From contig DCLA01000024.1 in NCBI GenBank assembly GCA_002320815.1, forward strand, positions 767 to 64,766: a DNA stretch of 64,000 nt, read 5' to 3'. Under the pieces are notes generated by a model. It was not told the DNA's origin, ran no database searches, and worked only from the letters and a program-made list of their open reading frames with translations. Shown here piece by piece: positions 52,653 to 59,218 of the stretch. Made by a program: the position numbers and the translations under genes. Source of the stretch: Myxococcales bacterium UBA1660 (GTDB taxonomy: Bacteria > Myxococcota_A > Polyangia > Polyangiales > Houyiibacteriaceae). The first letter of the stretch is position 1. The number at the start of each line of letters is the position of its first letter.

Positions 52653-52966
52653 ACGAGCAGGAACGCGCCGACCGCGAGCAGGACGGCGCCGACCACCGTG
52701 ATCAGCCACGGGAGCACCGAGCCCTTGCCCTGGGCGGGCTGGAGGCCCGGGGCGGGCTTGCCCACCGGCTGGTGCGGCGCATCGGCGGCGCCGAGCTGGA
52801 GCTCGACCGAGCTGGGGCTGGCGCCCTGGCCCTGGGTGGCGGGTCCGGCCTGCTGGGCCTCCGGCGGCTCGTCGAGGTTCAGCGCGGCGACCGCGTCGGA
52901 CCCCCACATCGCGGTCGGCTCGTCGGCCGCGTAGAGCATGGAGTCCTTGTCGTCGTCTTTGGCCAT
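52634..52966 (-). CDS. Small tail-anchored membrane protein, unknown function
   Basis: ATG 52966 (MAKDDDKDSMLY...). Acidic then Pro/Gln/Gly-rich region. A single C-terminal TM helix (LPWLITVVGAVLLAVGAFLLV). Confidence 0.55.
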   Translation of the reverse strand: MAKDDDKDSMLYAADEPTAMWGSDAVAALNLDEPPEAQQAGPATQGQGASPSSVELQLGAADAPHQPVGKPAPGLQPAQGKGSVLPWLITVVGAVLLAVGAFLLVRMLRG

Positions 52967-53073
52967 GTTCTTGGGCCCCAGAGTGCCAGACTCTGCGCCT
53001 ACCCCCAAGGGATTGAACCATCGGGGCCCACGACCCGCGACAGGGGCGGGGTCCCTGGGGTAGCTTCGGCGCC

Positions 53074-53340
53074 GTGGACCCCGCCGAGCTCACGCGCCTG
53101 ACGGCCGAGACTCTCTACCTGGTGCTGCTGGTCTCGGCGCCGCCGCTCCTGGTGGCGTTGGCGATCGGCCTCGTCGTCGGGCTCCTGCAGGCGGTGACCC
53201 AGGTCCAGGAGCAGACCCTCTCCTTCGTGCCCAAGCTCGTCGCGGTGGCCACGGTGCTGGTGGTCGGCGGCGGCTGGATGGGCGGGCAGCTCCTCCGCTT
53301 CACCGAGCGCCTCTGGACCGCCATCCCCGAGCTCATGTGA
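53074..53340 (+). CDS. sctS: Type III secretion [15 protein letters not shown] protein, SctS/FliQ family
   Basis: 88 aa. LVLLVSAPPLLVALAIGLVVGLLQAVTQVQEQTLSFVPKLVAVATVLVVGGGWM is colinear with FliQ/YscS (the QxxTQxxExTLxFxPK core). Confidence 0.85.
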   Translation: MDPAELTRLTAETLYLVLLVSAPPLLVALAIGLVVGLLQAVTQVQEQTLSFVPKLVAVATVLVVGGGWMGGQLLRFTERLWTAIPELM

Positions 53341-53346
53341 GCCCCG

Positions 53347-54159
53347 GTGGAGGCGCTCCTTCGACTCCTGGGTGGGGAAGCCGCGGCCACCGAGTGGCTG
53401 GCCGTGGGCGGCTTGGTGGCGGCCCGGGTGGGCCCCCTGACCGTGCTCGCGCCCTGGCTCTCCCTGAAGCGCACCCCGCCGGTCATCCGCGGCGCGCTGG
53501 TCCTGGCGCTCACTCTGGCCCTCACGCCGCTGGCCCTGCCCGGCGCCCGGGAGGCGGTCATGGCCATGGGCGGGCTCACCTACGGCGCCGCCGTCCTCCG
53601 CGAAGCGATGGTGGGCACCCTCTTCGCGGTGGCCACCGCCCTGCCCTTCTACGCCCTCGACTGGGCCGGGCGCCTGACCGACACCTGGCGCGGGGCCTCG
53701 ATGTCCGAGGTGATCGCGCCCAACACCGGCGAGCGGACCAGCCCCCTGGGCGACCTGCACATGATGCTGGGCATCGCCCTCTTCCTGACCCTGGGCGGCC
53801 ACCGGCTGGCCCTGGCCGCCTTCGCCGAGGGGCTCCGGGTGGCCCCGGTGGGCTCGGTGGACCTGGCCGGCCGCGCCGACGCCCTGGCCCTCGGGGCCGC
53901 GCTGCTCACCGGCTCCGCGCTGGCGTTCGCCCTGGCCATCGCCGCGCCGGCCGCGGCGGCAATCGTCACCGTGGAGGTCAGCCTGGGGCTCCTGGCCCGG
54001 AGCGCGCCCCAGGTGCCGGTCTTCTTCGCCGGCATGCCCCTGCGGGCGGCCACCGGCCTCGCCGCCGCGCTCCTGGCCATCTCGCTGGTCTCGGCGCAGC
54101 TCCCCGAGGCCTTCCGCGCGGCCATCGACCTCGGCCGCCGCTGGGTCGTCGGCGACTGA
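53347..54159 (+). CDS. sctT: Type III secretion [15 protein letters not shown] protein, SctT/FliR family
   Basis: GTG start 6 nt after the sctS stop. 6-TM protein. Motifs ARVGPLTVLAPW, REAMVGTLFAV and LLARSAPQVPVFFAGMPLRAATGL (the aRxaPQxNvFxxgxPlk core of FliR/YscT). Confidence 0.8.
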   Translation: MEALLRLLGGEAAATEWLAVGGLVAARVGPLTVLAPWLSLKRTPPVIRGALVLALTLALTPLALPGAREAVMAMGGLTYGAAVLREAMVGTLFAVATALPFYALDWAGRLTDTWRGASMSEVIAPNTGERTSPLGDLHMMLGIALFLTLGGHRLALAAFAEGLRVAPVGSVDLAGRADALALGAALLTGSALAFALAIAAPAAAAIVTVEVSLGLLARSAPQVPVFFAGMPLRAATGLAAALLAISLVSAQLPEAFRAAIDLGRRWVVGD

Positions 54160-54221
54160 TCGGTGACGATGGGGGCGTACGCGTTGACAGCGCCCGCTCG
54201 GGGATCGTAGGGCCCCGTCCC

Positions 54222-54743
54222 ATGACCACGATCGACACGCTGATCGACGCGGACGCCATCCAGGCCCGCGTCGCCGAGATGGCCGCCGAGATCAACCGGG
54301 ACTACGCCGGCCAGGAAGTGGTCATCGTGCCCGTCCTGAAGGGGAGCTTCGTCTTCGCCGCGGACCTCATCCGGCACCTCGACATCGACTGCAAAATCGA
54401 CTTCCTCGGCCTCCGCTCCTACGAGGGCACCGAGTCGACCGGCGTCGTCCAGATCACCAGCGACCTCACCAAGAGCATCGAGGGCGAGCACGTGATCGTG
54501 GTGGAGGACATCGTCGATACCGGCCTGACCATGCAGTACATGATGGAGAACCTCCGGACGCGGAAGCCCGCCTCGGTGAAGCTCGCCTCGCTCCTGCACA
54601 AGCCCTCGCGGACCACCGTGGAGGTGGACATCGACTACCTCGGCTTCTCCATCGAGGACGTCTTCGTCATCGGCTACGGCCTCGACTTCGACCAGCTCTA
54701 CCGGAACCTCCCCTACCTCGGCGTCGTCCGCCAGGAGGGCTGA
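54222..54743 (+). CDS. hpt: Hypoxanthine(-guanine) phosphoribosyltransferase
   Basis: 173 aa. PVLKGSFVFAADL, PRPP motif HVIVVEDIVDTGLTM, and GYGLDFDQLYRNLPY. Confidence 0.92.
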   Translation: MTTIDTLIDADAIQARVAEMAAEINRDYAGQEVVIVPVLKGSFVFAADLIRHLDIDCKIDFLGLRSYEGTESTGVVQITSDLTKSIEGEHVIVVEDIVDTGLTMQYMMENLRTRKPASVKLASLLHKPSRTTVEVDIDYLGFSIEDVFVIGYGLDFDQLYRNLPYLGVVRQEG

Positions 54744-55061
54744 GTGGCCGACCCGCGCCAGCGTCTCGCCATGCTCGAGACGATGATCGCCAAGGGCAGT
54801 GAGGACCCCTTCGTCCACTACGCCCGGGCGATGGAGCATCGCTCCTTGGGCGAGCTCGAGCGGGCGATGGAGCTCTTCGGCGAGGTGGCCACCCGCTTCG
54901 CCGACTACGTGCCCACCTACCTCATGGCCGCCCAGGTGGCCGAGAAGCTCGAGCGCGAAGACGACGCGCGGAGCTGGTGCGAGCGCGGCCTGGCCAAGGC
55001 CCGGGCCACCGGCGACGCCCACGCCGAGAGCGAGCTCCAGGCCTTCCTCGACGACCTCTGA
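54744..55061 (+). CDS. Small TPR-like helical protein
   Basis: GTG immediately after the hpt stop. 105 aa of paired helices (FVHYARAMEHRSLGELERAMELFGEV...YLMAAQVAEKLEREDDARSW). Confidence 0.65.
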   Translation: MADPRQRLAMLETMIAKGSEDPFVHYARAMEHRSLGELERAMELFGEVATRFADYVPTYLMAAQVAEKLEREDDARSWCERGLAKARATGDAHAESELQAFLDDL

Positions 55062-55079
55062 AGCGCCTGGGCCGCCCGC

Positions 55080-55646
55080 TCAGTCCGGGCGGGTGATCGA
55101 CGTCAGCACGTGGTCGCGCCACTCGCCCGCGATCTGCAGGTAGTCGCGCGCGTAGCCTTCGACCGTGAAGCCCAGCCGCCGCAGCAGGCGGCCGCTCCGC
55201 TCGTTGACCGGCTGGTAGTTGGCCTGGATGCGGTGCAGCCGGAAGGTCTCGAAGGCGACCGGGATGGCGGCGCGGAGGATCTCCTCCATCAGCCCCCGGC
55301 CCACCTGGGCGTGGTCCAGCCCGTAGCCCAGCGTGCAGGCCTGGAAGGCTCCGCCGACCACGTTGCTGAAGTTGCAGCTCGCGATGACCCGGTCGGGGTG
55401 CTGGGGCGGCAACCCCCGGCTGACGGCGAAGAGCCGCATCGCCGCGCCCTGCTCGAGCTCCCGCCGGTTGGCGATGAGCCGGTCCCGCCAGAAGCGCTGC
55501 GTGTAGAACGTGTCCGGCCGGGCCGGCTCCCAGGGCTCCAGGTGCGCCCGGTTGCGCTCGAAGTAGCGCAGCACCGCGTCCGACTCCGCCGGCGGCGGCA
55601 TCACCAGCCAAGTGCGCTCGGTCGCGAAGGGACGGAAGGTGGCCAC
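55080..55646 (-). CDS. GNAT N-acetyltransferase (RimJ/RimL-like, Acetyltransf_3)
   Basis: GTG 55646 proposed. LGYGLDHAQVGRGLMEEILRAAIPVAFETFRLHRIQANYQPVNERSGRLLRRLGF (acetyl-CoA-binding core). Confidence 0.8.
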   Translation of the reverse strand: MATFRPFATERTWLVMPPPAESDAVLRYFERNRAHLEPWEPARPDTFYTQRFWRDRLIANRRELEQGAAMRLFAVSRGLPPQHPDRVIASCNFSNVVGGAFQACTLGYGLDHAQVGRGLMEEILRAAIPVAFETFRLHRIQANYQPVNERSGRLLRRLGFTVEGYARDYLQIAGEWRDHVLTSITRPD

Positions 55647-55689
55647 GACGCGAGTCTTGCACGACCACCCCGCGAGGTCTCCCCGACCC

Positions 55690-56490
55690 TCAGGGAACGG
55701 GCCGCCAGTCGGCATCGACGCACTCGTAGACCCCGGGATAACGCGCTCGGTAGGCACGGCAGCCGCCATCGAAGGCGAACCACCCCCAGTCGGCGAGCCG
55801 CCCTGCGGCATCGACGGGGACCACACACACGGCGCGCCCGTAGCGCATCTCGGTCGCGAGCTCGGCGTACTGCAGACGCCCCCGCTCGTTCTGGCGGCGT
55901 TCGCAGACCTCCTGCGAATTGAAGACGCAGAGCCCGAGTCCGCGCTCCTCGTTCACACCTACGCACGAAGCCCGGATGGTGTCGTAGGGGTCGGGAATGG
56001 GCTCGCACCCGCGGCACCCAGGACCACAGAACCCGCTCGGTCCCTCTGGAAGCTCCGGGCATCCTTCGTCGGGCGGTCCTTCTACGTAGGGAGACCGGTC
56101 GACGTAGAAGCAGGATGCCCCGAGCCCCCCGTCGAGCGCTTCGATGCAGGTCGACTCGGCCACACAGGTTCCCGCCAAGGTCTCGGCCCCCTCGTCCTCG
56201 TGCGGAACCAGGCAGAGGTTCTCGCCGCAGTAGCGCATGTTGGCCGCGCGGTCGTCGGTCCGATCCCGCCACATCTGGCACCCCTCCACCGTCGAGACGC
56301 AGCGGTCCAAGCTGCGGTCACAGCGCCAGCCCGAGTCGCAGCCCCGGTCCACGCATCCCGCGGCTCCGGCATCGCCACGGCGGGGAGCGCCGCCATCGAC
56401 GGCAGGCTCCCACTCGAAGGAGTGCCCAGCGAAGCACCCGACGAGAGCGACCGGCCACCCCAGCGCCATGACCCAACTCAGGGAACGCAT
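55690..56490 (-). CDS. Cys-rich secreted lipoprotein (21 Cys), unknown function
   Basis: ATG 56490 (MRSLSWVMALGWPVALVGC lipobox). 20 further Cys. No named domain recognised. Divergent from the large paralogue pair. Confidence 0.7.
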   Translation of the reverse strand: MRSLSWVMALGWPVALVGCFAGHSFEWEPAVDGGAPRRGDAGAAGCVDRGCDSGWRCDRSLDRCVSTVEGCQMWRDRTDDRAANMRYCGENLCLVPHEDEGAETLAGTCVAESTCIEALDGGLGASCFYVDRSPYVEGPPDEGCPELPEGPSGFCGPGCRGCEPIPDPYDTIRASCVGVNEERGLGLCVFNSQEVCERRQNERGRLQYAELATEMRYGRAVCVVPVDAAGRLADWGWFAFDGGCRAYRARYPGVYECVDADWRPVP

Positions 56491-56644
56491 CGCCCCTCCA
56501 TACACCGCTCGCCAGCCGCGCACGAGGGTCGACCCGAACGGAGGGGGCGAGGCATGGGCGGGCTCTCGGTCGGGCGTCGTCGCGGTTGCTTCATTTCGTT
56601 TCGCGGTGTGCTCCCCGGTGCGACAGCCTCTATGCTGCGCGCCG

Positions 56645-59218
56645 ATGACCGTTCCGCATGCGGGGACCGTCCGGGTCGTGCTGGCGCTCGCCGTGGCGTC
56701 GATCGGCTGTGGGGGACGCACACCACTCGATCTCGAGGTGGACGCCGAGGTGCTCGAGCGCCCCGTCCCGGGCGAGGAGATCTGCTCCGGGCTCGACGAG
56801 GACCTGGACGGTCTCGTCGACGAGGGATTCCGGGACGAGCAGGGGCGCTACCTGCACCCGGACCACTGCGGGGGCTGTGGCCAGCCCTGCGCGGTCGGCG
56901 CGTTCCCCGAGGTCGCCGTCGAGTGCCAGATCCTGGAGGAGACCGCGGTCTGCGCGGCCACCGAGTGCGAGCCGGGCTTCGCTCCGGGCCCGGCCGGCCG
57001 CTGCGTGGAGGTCTTCGACCGCCTCTGCCTGACCTGCCTGGAAGACGCCGACTGCGGGCCCCTCGAGGGGCAGCGCTGCATGGACGTCGGCGGCGAGATG
57101 CGCTGCGTGGCGCCCTGCGAGACCGGGTGCCCCACCGGTTACAGCTGCAGCGAGGATGGCTTCTGCCAGCCCCTCGGCCGGAGCTGCGCCTGCGAGCCCG
57201 GCGACACCTTCGACCTGGCCTGCGCGCTGACCGACCCCGAGGGCAACCGCTGTCCCGGCGCGGCGACCTGCAACGACGGGCTGCTCAGCGAGTGCGTGGC
57301 CCCGGAGGACGTCTGCGACGAGACGGATAACGACTGCGACGGGCTGGTGGACGAGGCCTTCGTGGACGGCCGCGGCGCCTACATCGTGGACCCGCGGCAC
57401 TGCGGCGAGTGCGGCGTGGACTGCACCGCCGAGGCGCTGCCCGAGGGCGACCTCACCTGCGGCGGCGACCCCTTCGCGCCGAGCTGCGTGCTCCTCTGCC
57501 CGGACACCCTGGACGGAGTGATGCCGGGCGACCGGATCGACGCCGACCGGGACATCGCCACCGGCTGCGAGTGCACGGTGACCTCCCTGAGCGACGAGCC
57601 GGGCCCGGTGTTGGCCGTCGGTGAGATGCTCGACGTCAACTGCGACGGCGCCGACGGCATCGTGGTGGAGAGCTTCTACGTCGCCCCCGACGGGAACGAC
57701 GCCAACCCCGGTTCGCCGACCCTGCCGCTCCGGAACATCCAGACCGCCCTCGACCGCGCCGCCGAGAGCCTCGGCGAGGGCGAGGCTCGGCCCCACGTCT
57801 TCGTGGCCTCCGGCGACTACACCGAGGTCCTCGAGCTCCGCGACGGGGTGCTTCTCCACGGCGGCTACCGCCGCGACTTCCTCGCCCTCGACCCCAGCGG
57901 CTTCCGCGTGGAGGTCCGGGCGCCCGCCGACGCGACCAGCGCCGGCGGCGCCGCCCTCGTCGCCGAGGGCATCGGGAGCCAGACGACGGTGGTCGAGTGG
58001 ATCACCCTCCGGGGCCGCGACGCCCTCGCGCCCTCGAGCGCGACCTTCGGCGCGGTGCTGGTCGACCCCGGCCGCCAGCTCGTCGTGCGCGACACGGAGA
58101 TCCTCGCCGGCACCCCCGGCGGCGGCATGAACGGCACGCCCGGCACCGTGGGCACCTCGGCGCCCGCCGCGGGTGCCGCCGGCGCCGCTCCCCGCGGCGC
58201 CGCGGAGGACGCCGGCCACGTCTGCACCCGCGGCGCGGCCAACACCGTCGCCGGCGGGGCCGGGAGCGCCAACCGCTGCGACGGCGTGGACGTCTCCGGC
58301 GGCACCGGCGGCTCGCCGGCCTGCCCGACCTTCGCCTCCTTCCAGCCGGCGGGCGACCGCGGCCGTGGGGGTGGCGCCGGGTCCGGGGGCAACGGCGGCC
58401 AGGACTCCCAGGGCCCGATCACCGGTCCCGGTTGCCCCGGGTCTCCTCTCTGCTGCGGCCTCGCGGACTTCACCGTGCCCACCGACTTCCAGGGCCCCCA
58501 GGCGGGCGGCAACGGCGACGACGGTCTCCTGGGCAACCCCGGCCGGAGCTGCGCCGACGCGCTGGGCAGCTTCATGGGCGACGCGTGGGTCCCCGCCACG
58601 GCCAGCATGGGCACCGGCGGCCGACCTGGCGCCGGGGGCGGCGGCGGCGGCGGCGGCGGCGGCACCGTGATGGACTGGACCCGCAGCCTCTGCGAGTTCG
58701 CCGACGGTCTCGGCGGCGGCGGCGGCGGCGGTGGCGCCGGCGGCTGCGGAGGTCAGCCGGGCAGCCCGGGGACCAGCGGCGGCCCCTCGGTGGCGGTGCT
58801 GGTGCGCTACACCGGCGCGCCGGCGGTCCCGACCCTGGAAGACCTCCGGCTGCGGCCCGCCGACGGCGGGCGCGGCGGCGACGGCGGTGCCGGCGGCGAC
58901 GGCGGGCGCGGCGGCAGCGGTGGCCTGGGCGGCGAGCTCCCCCGGGAGGCGCGCTCGACGCCGACGCTGGCCGGCCCCTTCCCCGGCGGTCGCGGGGGCC
59001 AGGGCGGCAGCGGCGGCAGCGGCGGCGGCGCGGGCGCCGGCTGCGGCGGCGGCAGCATCGGCATCTGGGTGACCGGCGCCAGCCCCAGCGTGGGCGACTG
59101 GCGGAGCGACAACGTGTTCGTGCTCGGCGCCGGTGGGCGCGCGGGCCAGGGCGGCGGCGGCGACGCTCCGGCCCCCGATGGTGCAGAGGGAGGAGCGGTC
59201 GATGTCGTCGTTCGCTGA
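56645..59218 (+). CDS. Large lipoprotein A: 2 x MopE-like Cys/Asp modules + DUF1565-type beta-helix cap + Gly-rich (GGxGG)n C-terminal region
   Basis: ATG 56645 (MTVPHAGTVRVVLALAVASIGC). Modules EEICSGLDEDLDGLVDEGFRDEQGRYLHPDHCGGCGQPC and EDVCDETDNDCDGLVDEAFVDGRGAYIVDPRHCGECGVDC. Beta-helix cap FYVAPDGNDANPGSPTLPLRNIQTAL. The last ~350 aa are dominated by Gly runs, including G10. Confidence 0.85.
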   Translation: MTVPHAGTVRVVLALAVASIGCGGRTPLDLEVDAEVLERPVPGEEICSGLDEDLDGLVDEGFRDEQGRYLHPDHCGGCGQPCAVGAFPEVAVECQILEETAVCAATECEPGFAPGPAGRCVEVFDRLCLTCLEDADCGPLEGQRCMDVGGEMRCVAPCETGCPTGYSCSEDGFCQPLGRSCACEPGDTFDLACALTDPEGNRCPGAATCNDGLLSECVAPEDVCDETDNDCDGLVDEAFVDGRGAYIVDPRHCGECGVDCTAEALPEGDLTCGGDPFAPSCVLLCPDTLDGVMPGDRIDADRDIATGCECTVTSLSDEPGPVLAVGEMLDVNCDGADGIVVESFYVAPDGNDANPGSPTLPLRNIQTALDRAAESLGEGEARPHVFVASGDYTEVLELRDGVLLHGGYRRDFLALDPSGFRVEVRAPADATSAGGAALVAEGIGSQTTVVEWITLRGRDALAPSSATFGAVLVDPGRQLVVRDTEILAGTPGGGMNGTPGTVGTSAPAAGAAGAAPRGAAEDAGHVCTRGAANTVAGGAGSANRCDGVDVSGGTGGSPACPTFASFQPAGDRGRGGGAGSGGNGGQDSQGPITGPGCPGSPLCCGLADFTVPTDFQGPQAGGNGDDGLLGNPGRSCADALGSFMGDAWVPATASMGTGGRPGAGGGGGGGGGGTVMDWTRSLCEFADGLGGGGGGGGAGGCGGQPGSPGTSGGPSVAVLVRYTGAPAVPTLEDLRLRPADGGRGGDGGAGGDGGRGGSGGLGGELPREARSTPTLAGPFPGGRGGQGGSGGSGGGAGAGCGGGSIGIWVTGASPSVGDWRSDNVFVLGAGGRAGQGGGGDAPAPDGAEGGAVDVVVR
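58637..58663 (+). repeat. (GGC)9 trinucleotide microsatellite inside lipoprotein A, encoding poly-Gly
   Basis: Nine uninterrupted GGC codons. A second (GGC)6 run lies at 58712-58729. Confidence 0.9.

Noticed and set aside
53074-54159. A complete type III secretion or flagellar locus
   Set aside because: Only the S and T components are present. No R, U, V, ATPase, ring or needle/hook genes occur anywhere in the window.
58380-59160. Collagen-like or mycobacterial PE_PGRS homology of the Gly-rich tails
   Set aside because: There is no Gly-X-Y triplet periodicity and no PE domain. The resemblance to PGRS is compositional only.
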